From Podarcis cretensis (Eukaryota), in the NCBI GenBank assembly GCA_951804945.1, contig OX638156.1, positions 40,672,001 to 40,736,000 of the forward strand: 64,000 nt of DNA, written 5' to 3'. This document shows positions 28,701 through 40,700 of the stretch, one piece after another. How positions within the stretch are numbered: position 1 is the first letter of the stretch; every line of letters starts with the position of its first letter. Made by a program: the position numbers and the translations under genes. The notes under the pieces are model-generated. The model was not told the origin of the DNA. It saw nothing but the letters and a program-made list of their open reading frames with translations, and ran no database searches.

Positions 28701-31700
28701 ATACACGAGGCCCCTCCAACGTCAACAAGAGAAATGCTGCCAGAGTAGACCTGAGGTCTTTGCTAGGTCCCCTTGAGCAATTCCAGGCATGCACGTAGAG
28801 AGGTTGGAGGCATACCCAGTCCTGATCCGTGAGGAAGACGTGACCAGGTGCGGAGTTCAAAGCCGCCTCCAAAGTGTTCCATCAGTTGCTCCCGCAAGGA
28901 ATTCTGAGAAGCAAGGTCCACAATCTGGGTGCAAATCAAGGCTGCTTTCAACAAAGCTCCTAAGAAGAAGAAAAAAGACGGGGGTGGAAGCCAGGACAGC
29001 CCCTTTCTGTCCCACAGTGGAAAGAAATGAGACCTGGACTCGGGATGGGGCTGGCGGGGTTGCAGTTAGGATCTGAACTCGGGAGTGGAGTGGGAATGCA
29101 ATGAAACCTAACAGGCCATAGTGGGGAGATCAGGCAGGGGAGCATTGCAGAGAAACAGGCCTCATTCCAAAGCATTGTGAACTAGCAGGTGAGTAGCTGG
29201 TCCTGAGGCCCATTAAAAGAGGAGCAAGAGGCTGGCTACTCTCAGGCCTCCGACAGACATGTGAAAACAAAAGGCACATTTTATAGCAGATGCAGCTGCC
29301 TAGAATCATAGGAAGCTGCCTTATAACAAGTCAAACCTTGGGTCCATTTAGCTCAGTATTGTCTACACTGACAGGCGGCAGTTCTCCAGGATTTCAGGCA
29401 GTCTAAGCTAGAGATGCTGCAGGGGATTGAACCAGGAACCTTCTGCATTCAAAACAGCTATTCTACCACTGAGCTACAGCCCAGCCAGTACAGGGCTCCC
29501 TACTGACACCTGATATGCCTCTCACAGGGTTTCCTCACAGCAAGCAAGGAAGCTGCTTTGGTACAGTTGCTCCCTTCCCGCTGCAGGAAAAGGGGCTCTT
29601 ACCGGGTGCATGAGGCTGGCAGTAATCCCGCAGGTCTTCCAGGTCTCTGCAGACCAGCTCCACCACCATCTCTCCCTCCAGCCTCCCGCTGCGGCTAACG
29701 AGCCGCAGCTCTGGCTCGGCAATGCGCTGGGTCTGTGCACCAATGGGCCTGTGCCCATCCACCAGGACGGCCAGGTCCACCACTGCGCCTCCGTGTTCAT
29801 AGGTGATGGGAGGGGTGTCGCTCCAGCCACCTGCAAAAATTAGCCCAAAGGGGGTCAGGTAAGAAACCGCACAGCCTCCTGCCCAACCACCCACCCAAGC
29901 CCATAACCAAAGAGTGGGACTCTCCCCAGGAGACCTTGCAGTGCTGCAAAGGATGCTGGATGCTGCTTGCACCCAACTCATCTTCTGTGCCCTTGCATGA
30001 GACCCTGCACATCATGCTTCAGCTCCTCAGTGAGCCCAGGGCTTGCTTCTGCCTTGCAGGGAAAGGATCCCCCGGCACTCAAGGCAGGAGCCAAATGTCA
30101 CTCACAGCCCCTTCCCTATCAAATCCCCCCTGCACTGTCCTACACAAGCTCCCTCCCTCCATTCAAGACCGCACTGAGTCATGTTCTGTGGAGCAGAAGG
30201 ACAAGGGCCCCTGCCAAGCCTCCCCAGGCTTGCCAGCTTGGCCCTCTGGGCACAAGGCACCTGGGGTCGAAAGAGGCAAGCGGCTACCTGGCTCCAGAAA
30301 GGGCAACTTGACAAGCCCAGGCCCAGCAGCCACTTACCAGAGAGGTCTATTCTGGCTGGGCAGGCTGCTCTCAGCCAGCGGCCCATGGGAGGCAGCGTGG
30401 CCAGCCTGAGGCTGATGAACTGGCAGGAGGACATCACAGCCTGGCGGACGAGGATCTGCTCGGCACCCTCATAGTGTCGAGCAGCGCGGACCAGGAGGAC
30501 AGGCCTGCAAGGAAGGAGAAAAGGGTGTCTCTGGTTGCTTGGGCTGCTTCTGCCAACAGCCTTCTCCAACTGGGTACCCTGCAGTGGTCCAATACTTCCA
30601 TCAGCATGAGATGCTGTGAGTCAGCATGGTCATAGATTATGCGGGGACTGATGAGAGTTGTAGTCCTAGGCTGGCGAAGGCTGCTTGATTGGCCAAGGGC
30701 TTTTCCGTCTCAGTTGTGTTTGCCCACACAGAGGCCATCCTGAAGGAAACTCTCCTTCCCATTTTTTCAGTGGGGTGAGTTCCACTCAGAGGCATTCCAG
30801 GACAGAGGCAGCTCTCTCATGCAGGCCCCCAGATTCTTCTCCCATCCTCTGTCTGCCACCACAGGCTTGCTCTGGAGGGCCACTTGTGAGCCTCTGTCCC
30901 TTACACAACGCCAAAGGCCCCCATGGGCCCAGGCATCTGCTCTGCAATACCCCATGGACATCAGAAGCAGAATTGAACCCTTGGTCTATGTAGCCCAGTC
31001 TCTGCCTGGCAGCAGCTCTCCAGCACCTTGGCAGAGGAGGGTCCCATACAAGCAGCGTTTTATTTGTATGCCCCCTTTCCATAGTTAAAACCATGCTCAA
31101 AGCAGCTTACAACATGAAAAACATACTTAATTAGAAATATAACGAAAGCAGCCATAAACAGTAAATAGAACACATCAGAAGCTGCACAACCAATTTAACA
31201 ATTCCCACATTAAATCATAATGAGATATAAAAATAAATATACATAAAATTATTATCAATAACAGTAACAACTGCCCCCGCCCCCCAACAACATCCCAGCC
31301 CAAGAGCCTGTTCAAGAGCCTCAGCTTTTGTAGCTGGAGTCAGTCAGGGACCTGCCCAACCAGGCCAGGTGGAAAAAGGCCTCCCATCACCTGATGCCAA
31401 GATTTGAGCTTGGCTCAGGTGCTTTGCCACTGCACACCTGCCCTTCCCCTGGGGCCTCGGAAGACAAGGCCAGCCCACCTGGAGCAGCTGAAAGGGGGAC
31501 ACACTGAGCATGTTCCTTCCTTCCATGCTCCCGGTGAGTGCAGGAAACAGCATGGCCTTGAGCAGTGATGGCAAAGTTTTCCTGGTCATGTGCAGACTGA
31601 GCTTTGCACAGAGAACTTGCCTTTGCCAGGCAGATGGACAGGTGGTGCCAGCGGGAATACAGCTTTATCACTACACACACACAAACACACGCTTGCAGTA

Positions 31701-34700
31701 CCTGTCCAGCCACTTCTTCCTCTCCTTGGCCAGCTCCTTGACACCCTCAGGGATGTCCCCCTTCTCCAGGTGCTGGAAGGCCTGGGCCCAAGCTGTGTTG
31801 GCTGCCGGGCCACTCCGTAAGCCCCCTTCCCCTTTGGCCAGGCAGCCCAGGAGGTCAGCAATGCAAGCCAGGGATCGAGCAGCAACGCCAGGGTCTTTGG
31901 CCATGGAGGCAACTAGGAGGCAAACAAGAAGTGGCCTCAGAGCCTGAAAAGTGGCTCTTTGGCTTGAAACTGGGCTGGTCCTGGGAATGGCTACACCTGG
32001 GAACATTGGGAGGTTTTAATGGATGTCAAAATGGTCTGCAAGAGCTCCCCAGAGCCAGTGGTCCATGGGCGGGCTGGGAGGAACCGTCTCCACAAAGCCT
32101 GTGTGGATTCACAATGCAAGTATCCCTGGAGCCAGGAAGAGTGGAGGGGAAAGAACCCTTTCACCCACATGGGCAAGGCCAGTCTGCCATCTTTGAAAAC
32201 AGCCAGGCTGGGCAATGGCGGAGCTGCTCACTGAGGCGCTGGTGGGTAGAGCTGCCAGACTCCCAGGGAACTCTGGGAATAGCTGAAGCAGAGGTGCCTG
32301 TTTCCCCAGACTGGGGGAAAGGCAATCCAGCAGCGGCCATAAGGAACCAAGGTGGAATTCTCACCCAGCCGTGGGCAGGAATTGGGTAGGAGCCCCCCAC
32401 TTACTTACTTACTTCCAGTCCCATATATAGGCACCCTGCAATTAAATGGGCAAAATGCTGCCCCAGACACACAAACACACACACCCTGCCAGTATGTCTC
32501 ACCCTGGTCCAGTGTCTCCAGCATCGCCTTGTGGTAGCCCTCCAGGGCTGCGGAATGGATCAGCGGTAGGAGGCTGCAGTTGCTGTGTTCCATCAGGACC
32601 CTCTTGGTCTTGCTCTGGGCCTGCAAGAAGAAGGTGGCCCTGCGGGCAGCCAGCTCCGCCTCCTGGTCCAGGCTCCCCTTCAGCTCCTCCCAGGACATGC
32701 GCCAGGAAGTCCGCCAGCGCTGCAGCTGCTCAGCCCCTGGAGGAGAAAGAAGGGAGCCCAAGAGCCAGAGGACGTCCCCGACTCCCAGGGGCTCGGAGGC
32801 ATGCAGCACGGGGAACAGGCGGGCATTCAGCAGGCAGCGGCGGTTGGAAGGGGTGTCTGGGCTCCAAAGGTCATGACTCCTGGGCAGGGCAGGGATGGTG
32901 GCACGTCAGTCACTACCACCCAGCAAAGCATGGAAAAGCAGCCTCAACCCCACAAGGAAGGAAGGTGGCAGCCCCCAGCCAGCCCTTCCTGCTACAAGGC
33001 CACAAACCAGTAAAGTCCTCCACTGCAAATGATGAACAAAAAGGCTGCTTTGTCCCTCATTTTTAACGGGACTGTAAGGATCAAAAATCCAAACTTGCAA
33101 CACAGATTGTACATTGAATATGAAATACACCCTGAAAGTGTCTCTTGAATGAGTATCAGTTGTACAAATTGAAATCTTGTCTTAATTAGTTAATGATGAG
33201 CCCCAGCACCTAGAGCACGTGTCCAAGGAGGCATTTTTAATTTATAAAGGTAAAGGTAAAGGGACCCCTGACAATTAAGTCCAGTCACAAACGACTCTGG
33301 GGTTGCAGCGCTCATCTCGCTTTAAAGGCCAAATGAGCCGGCGTTTTTCCGCTTCTGCAGACAGTTTTCCCGGGTCATGTGGCCAGCATGACTAAGCTGC
33401 TTCTGGTAGAACCAGAGCAGTGCACGGAAACGCCGTTTACCCTTCCCGCTGGAGCAGTACCTGTTTATCTACTTGCACTGTGTGCCTTCGAACTGCTAGG
33501 TTGGCAGGAGCTGAGACTGAACAATGGGAGCTCACCCCGTCGCTGGGATTCTAACTGCCGACCTTTTGATCGGCAAGTCCAAGCGGCACAGTGGTTTTTT
33601 GTTGTACTTTTCATACACTGCTCAGGGGCAATTGTAGATAAATAAAATAAATGGAGGCAGAGCAGCAGCTCCACAGCACGGGGTGGGGGTGGGGTGGCTG
33701 ATGTGTGGGGCCCTCAAGAGAATGGGCTGGGACCTGCACACGTACCGTATTCCAGTGCGGAGGAAAAACTCACGCCAGGGCATGTTCAGGTAGGTGCCGC
33801 CTTCTTCTGCCACACTCTAAAGAGAGAAGAGGGCAGGTGTGAGCGTCTCAGAGAAGGAGGAATAACCAAGAGAATAGAGGCGGGGTGGGATGGGGCAGAC
33901 TGTTCTGGGGTTCTTGAGGTCACCTGCCTCAAGACAAACTGCTCTCTGAAAGAAGAAGCAGAGTTGCTGTGGGGAGTGGGATTCCCCAGAGACCTGCAAG
34001 GTGCCTCCAACCTGTACAGGCTCCTTCCTCCCAGGCCAAGCAGACTCCTGTTACACACCTGCCAATCATCATGATGCCCACTCAGGGTGAAGACCTTGCA
34101 AGAGATCCCTCTCAGCCTGACAATGTGTCCCTGGACAACCACGTCCCGAAGCAGGTAGCTCCTGAGGGCCACGGAGGATGTCATGTCCAGCCCAGTGAGG
34201 AGGCAGCCAGTGTGGATCTCCAAAGGACCCTGGAGAAAAAGACCAAGGGGACTCGGGCATTTGTGACACACACTCAGCTCTCCTGCTGCTGCAGGGAGTC
34301 CACACAGAGCTTGTTCTTTGGGTCTCTAAGTTAGCAGGACAGCTGGGAGAGAGGGGAGACTGTTTGCCCGCTGCCCAAGGGCAAAGCCCACCTGGAGAAA
34401 GCAGGCCTGAGATCCTGGCTCAAGGTTGCTGCAGCCAAGTCACCCTGTCTGCTTGCGTGTCAGGCAACTAGCTGGCTGGGGAGAGTTGAACTCTCAAAGC
34501 AAACGAGGGTAGGCAAAACACCAACAGCTCTGGCTCCCTGCAGCCTGTTTACAGCATTTCTGCCCCCCTCCTTCCCTCCAAGGAGCTTGAGGTGACGGAT
34601 GTGGTTCTCCACCCCTTCAGTTTATCCTCAGAGCTGCCCAGTCAGGTAGGTCTGGTTGAGAGGCCGTGACTGGGCCACGGCCACCCAGTGAGCTTCAGGG

Positions 34701-37700
34701 CTGAGTGGGAGATTCAAACCCTGGTCTCCCAAGTCCTAGTTCAACCATCTTAACCCCTACACCATACTGAACCTTGGGTCCTTGTCCTCCTCATATCATC
34801 TCCTGCCCTGGGCCTGATGCTACCAAACCTTAAGGCTTGGCTTTAAATACCATCTCTGGGATTGGTTCCTGTTCCAAATCCACCAAAGATGACCCTGTGT
34901 TGCCAGAGAGAGAACTTCTGGCGCTCAACAGAGAACAAGGGCAGTTGCCAAACTTCTTACTCCCATCCCCAGCATGGCCCACCTTCAAGCGGCAGTGCTG
35001 GATCACGCTCCCAGGCCCCACTTTCACTGCTCCCTCCAAGAGGCTGTTGGTGACAGAGCAGCCCTCAGCCAGCAGCTGAGGCTCCTGCATGGGAAGAAAG
35101 AGAAGGAGGGGTCATGGTGAGGCAGGGAAGTCCAGGCAGTCTTGGTAGACTCTGCCTACATAAGCTGCTAGTCCTTATGGGTGGGGAGCAAAACATGCAA
35201 TCAAGTGGGGCAGCATCAGGTGAAATGGAAGGCCCAGAGTAGAGCTTAGCAGAAGCAACTGCCCCATATGAGCCCCATAGCAGCTCTTTGCCCCTTCCCC
35301 TTTGGCAACAGCTGCTCCTTATGTCCTCAGTTTGTGCCAACACCTTCTAAATTACAAGAAACCAGAATTTTGGAATCTTAATTATGGAAAGTTGTCTCAT
35401 CAGCAGAATGCACATAGACTTCAGCTTCACCCAGTTGCATAGCTCCCCTGCTGCCCCGCCCTGCCAAGCACACACACAACTGTGCTGCAGAGAAGGGCTG
35501 CTGGGGTGGCGTGAGGGACCCTCCCACCAAAACAAGGCACTCAAGAGCCTCTGAGGCATCCCCCAACCAGGGGTTGTACTCACAGCCACATGGGAATGTG
35601 CCACTTTGCGGAAGGACCTGCTGCGGGCATTGCCTGGGTGGGGCGTGAGGTGGCGGATGTGGTCGCTGGCAGACATGGTCATGTAGTCATAGCAACCCTC
35701 AGGGATGTACGCTGTGGAGAGGGAGGAGCCAGAGGCCACAATTGGCACCTAAGAGGGTATCCCACACCAACAAGCCTCCAAAGGCCTCGAGAAGGAAGGT
35801 CAAAAGAGGGAAGCCAGAAACGTGTTATGTAGCCAGCTCAAGTCCTGCACAGAGTAGACCCACTGAAATCAATAGACACAGCTGACTCTGGTGTGCTGTG
35901 AGTAGAACTTAGCTGCCTATACAAGCCAATGTGTTTTGTCTGCCCCAGGGCTCAGGATGGCAGCCCCTCTCCTGCCTCCTGCCACAGGAAAACAGCCTCC
36001 CACCACTATAGAGCAGGAGATGGAGAGATATGCAAGCTTGTTTCCCTGGAGGCAGATATCAGGATTTTGTGTGCAGTGTGCCCCTTGCCTCCCCGCTGGG
36101 TACCCTTGCCCACACCCTAGGACAGAAAGCAATGTGTTGCCCCAGAAAAGCAGCATCGCCAAATGGTGGAAGGGAGGCCGATTTCACCAACCAGATGTTT
36201 TTGACAACTCGCATCAGCCCCAGCATTGTATAGCTGTGCTAGCTACAGCCGATGGGTCAAAGTTCAAAACATCTCGAGGGCACCAAGCATCAGGCTGGAG
36301 AGGCTGGCTGGCATTGGACGAAGCAAGTTCACAACCTCACCCATCGTGAGAGGCACGGCATGGAGAGCTTTCCACAGCACGGAACGGGCACTTCTCTCTG
36401 ACCCTGCCTCCTGGACATTGTCGCCACTGCCCATCCCTGGTCTCTGACCCTTCACAAAGGCCTCTTCGCTGACTCCCTGGGCCATGCAGAGCAGGATGTC
36501 GAAGAAGAGAGAGAGCTGGCATGAGGGAAGAACAAGGAGGGGGCGAATGAGTCTTCTGGACAGGGAAAGATCTGGCTCCACAAGGAGACACCCAAGCAAA
36601 GCATTTGCACATCATGACAAGTGGAGGGACAGTTTCCAAGCTGTGCAATGGACTGACTGGAAGAACAAATGGGGTGGGTGGGAGAGATTGAAGGAACACT
36701 GTCTCAAGTTAAAAGCTACCCAGAGAGGCTTGTGGAGATCTGCAAGGAAGCAGGCTTAAGAGCATAAGGAAAGCCTGCAGGATCAGGTCGGTGGACCATC
36801 TCATCCAGCCTCCTGCTCTCACAGTGGCCAGCCAGATGATTGGGAGAAACCCACAAGCAGGAACCGAGCACCAACAAACTTAAAGTAGCATGGGGACAGG
36901 CAAAGGAGGACACCTTCACCCCAGTGTGGCTCCCCTTTATCACATATAGAGGCCAAGAAGATAATGACCTATCCAACCCAACAACATATGAATCAATATG
37001 ACTAATCTGACCCGACGACCCCATTCTCACGAATAGAAGCAAATAACATTGCAATCAGCCGAGCTCTGATAGAGGACCGAAGCACATGATGCTGACACAA
37101 ACACCCTGTACAAACATTACGAAACAGAAAATCATTATCCCTACCGTCTCTCCCTGCCCCATCTCTCTCTCCTCTCTCTTTTCTCCCAACTGCATAATGC
37201 AGATAACAACAGTGTTTCATACCGAATGCAAACAAACTGTGGTAAAGACTCTTATGAATTGAAAGTGGAGACACTATATGTCCTTTTTTTGTTTATTTGC
37301 TTGTTTGTTACACAAGAAAATCTTTAATAAAAAACTTTTTTTTTTAAGAGCACATTTCTCTCCTGCGGTTTCTAGCAACTGGTATTCAGAAGGGTTCTAA
37401 CTCCGATGGTTGAGGCAGAGAATAGCCATCATGGCTAGTAGCGGAGGATCTCTGGGCTCACACGAAAGCTCACTCACTGTTCCGCAAAGTGCAGAAAGAG
37501 GGAAGCTGTGCAAGCTCCAGCGGTCTCTGTATTAGGGAGGTGTTATTTCCCCCCCCCCAAAAAAAGGGTATTGCATACAGAAAAGGAGAGGAGAGAGAGA
37601 GGGAAGGGGCTTCTCAAATTGCTCCCCCCAAAAAAAACAAACCATTTATTATAGTTGTTAATGCCCATTGAGAGGTGGAATAGCTGCTTCAGGGGGAAAC

Positions 37701-40700
37701 AGTTTTGCCGGAACACTGAATACTGTTTAGGCTGCTTCCTCCTTGGCCAAAGGCAGCCTCACTTGTATAAGTCACAAGAATAGGGAGGGAGGGAAGCCAT
37801 TCTTCCACCACACAAACACACACACCTGCAAAAAGCTACCAGGATTCAGGAGTAGAAAGAAATGATGGGGGAAGACCACAAACAATTATTATTACAGACT
37901 GCATCATGGCATAAATTCCATCGAATACAAAATGAAAGCAGAACAAGATGCAGACACAAATCTCTGAGAACAATAAGAAGATCACTTAAACAAACTCAGA
38001 TCTTCCACACACACGCTAAAGAAAACATTTCATCAGGTACAAAATTGATCTTCCACAAATGGTAAGGTTACACCTCAGGGAAAGCCTTCCTCTAAACAAG
38101 AACGACTTCCATAAGCACTTAAACGTCATCTCAGGGGGTGCCTGACTGTTTTTGGTTGGGAATTGATTCCAGAGAGCTTATGCTGCAATACTAAAAGCCT
38201 GGTTTCTAATGCAGGCTAAGGACACCTCTGGGGCTGGCAGTACTCTGGGGCTGCAGTTGCAGGGCAGCCATCTATGGTGCAAGGCAGCTCTTTGACCCTT
38301 GAGATATGAAGAAAATGCTTTTGTGACAGATTATGCAATAAAGCCCTCTCGGGGTCAGATCATGATGTCCTTGGCAGCTTGAGGCATTCTTCCCGATGCC
38401 CAAGAAACCATCACTGCAATCGGAACGCTAAAGCCAGCCCAGCCTCAATGCCACCTGCCTCCTCATAGGGGAAGATGGGGAGCGGGCAACACAACTGCAG
38501 CTCTGTTATAGCATATTTTGGTGCACATGGGCATCCCAACATTTTGCAGCTGGAGCACTATGCTTCCAAAAAAAACCCAGCAGGAAGAGGTAACTCAAAT
38601 GGAGAAGAATTCACCATGGCAGGGAAGCCTTGAAGGGCTTGCAAAGCTGCAATAGGACCTAAGAACACTAGTGTGCCCACAATCCTCACAGCACTGCTTC
38701 CTGCAATAGCTGTTACTGTGAAGAAGTGGAGGGGGGAGCACATTCTCCCAACAACTCAATGCTGCAGTTGGAGAACAGGGGAAATGCTTTGCCCAGGAGA
38801 AGATGTGCTAGGAGGTGGTGTTGGGGACATCCTCTGGATCACTTGCATTGACTGGAGGCAGCAGCCCATTCTGGGCTTGGGAAGACCCCAGTTGGTGCCC
38901 TCCAGGTGCTGGCTGCAGATGGCGGGAGCTGTATTCCAAGAGGATGCCATGTCAGCTGCCCCCCAGCTTGACTTGGCAACTCTTAACACAATCTTCAAGA
39001 GCACTTTGACCTCAAACTCAGGTTGTACTGGCCTTTTGAAGGCTGACTCAATGGGCCCAAAGCCCCACAGCTTACTCACCTGGCCTTCACCCTGCGACCA
39101 TCCATTGTGGGGGTCGCTGGCCAGGGGCTTGCTGCCGGCCACTCAGGACTTCCCCCAGACCAGCTGCATTCACACCTGGGCAGATTCATCTGCAGCCACC
39201 CAGGTGATTTCCTCTTCCCTAACCTGCCTCTTCTTAAGGGCCTCACCTGGATGGCGGGGGCTCCTGAGTCCAGCCCCAGGTAGGTGCAGGCATCAAGGGG
39301 TGGGATGACATGGGTGGCCAGAAGCTGCTCCGCTGCTTCAGAGGAGAAGAAGACAACCCCACACACCTGCAGGGGTAATAAGAAGCTCAGCTTTTCTAGG
39401 GTTTTCAGCCCTGCAGACTAGTGAGATTTCAAGAGTTTTAGGCAGATGGTTCTGCAGCAGGCTTGCCCCGCAACTAAGGGCTTGCCCACACTTAATTTTT
39501 GCCCTGCACTTTCTAGCCACAGGTCCATGCTTCCCCCCCACCCCCAATTTTCACAGGAAAACCAGCTCTTTGATGCAGAATCAGAATACATAGCAATTTG
39601 GGTTTCCACAGATTGCCATTTGTTCTGGTTCAGTCTACCTCTGAATACCAGATGATGGGGAATAACAATGGGAAATGTGAAGTTTCACTCGGGTCCTGCT
39701 TGGGGGCTTCCTTTCCTTGGGGGCATCTGGTTGGCTATGGTGAGAATGTCGGGTCGGCCGGGGGCATGAATGACCCCCAGGCAAATGACAGGAACGTTTC
39801 CAGCTTGTCCCTCCCATCAGCATGCAGCTCTAGGGGGTTCCGACAGCCTTCCCCGACAATTTATAGTGACTCATGTCTTGGAGACATTGAGCACACATCC
39901 AGAAACTCAACAGAGAATAGGATGCTGCACTAGATGGGTCTGATCCAGCTGCAGGGCTCTTCTTGTGACTCCAGCCCAGGCCCAGAACTCACCAGTGGGA
40001 CCTTCCCGTCTGGCCCCACACACTGCCGGATTTGGTCTTCAGGGCTTTGGTAGAAGATGTCTTGCACCACCCCCTGGAGGGACAAGGATGAGCAGAGTTA
40101 CCCCAAGGAGCATCAACAGCTAATGCACTTGGGCAGCAATTATCTGTGAGAGGAGGGCCTAACTAGACACGGTGCTAATCACTTTGTTGGCTTTTTAATT
40201 TTTTATTTTTCTCTGACATCATAGCCCGGAGACTGATGCTTTCACCCTTTGTCTCCTCCACAGTCCTGATCTGGCCTGCATCTGCCAAACCACATCTACA
40301 GTATCTGCCCTGGAAGGAAAGATACACAACTATGTCTTCTTACAGGACCCATGAAAGTAGTGGGGCAAGTGAGGAGAGGCATCTTCAGATGCTGCTGGGT
40401 TTGTAGCTCCCATCAGACCCCGCAAGCAGCATGGCTAATGGCCAGGGGAGATGGGAGTGTGAGTCTAGCAATGCCTGGAGGAAAGCAAGCAGCCCAGGAG
40501 AACGATGCCATCAAAGGAAAAAACACCCAAAAGAACTCTGGGCCTGAAACTTGTTGTCCATTACTTTTGGGAATTGTAGAGGCTTTCCAGCCCGAGTGCC
40601 AAAAGGGTCAGCCAGAATGCTCCTCTGCCTGTCCCAGGCAGGGGGTTATAGGGGAAACTGGGTGGCTGCTGGAAGAGGCCTTGGGCGAGGTACCTGAGTG

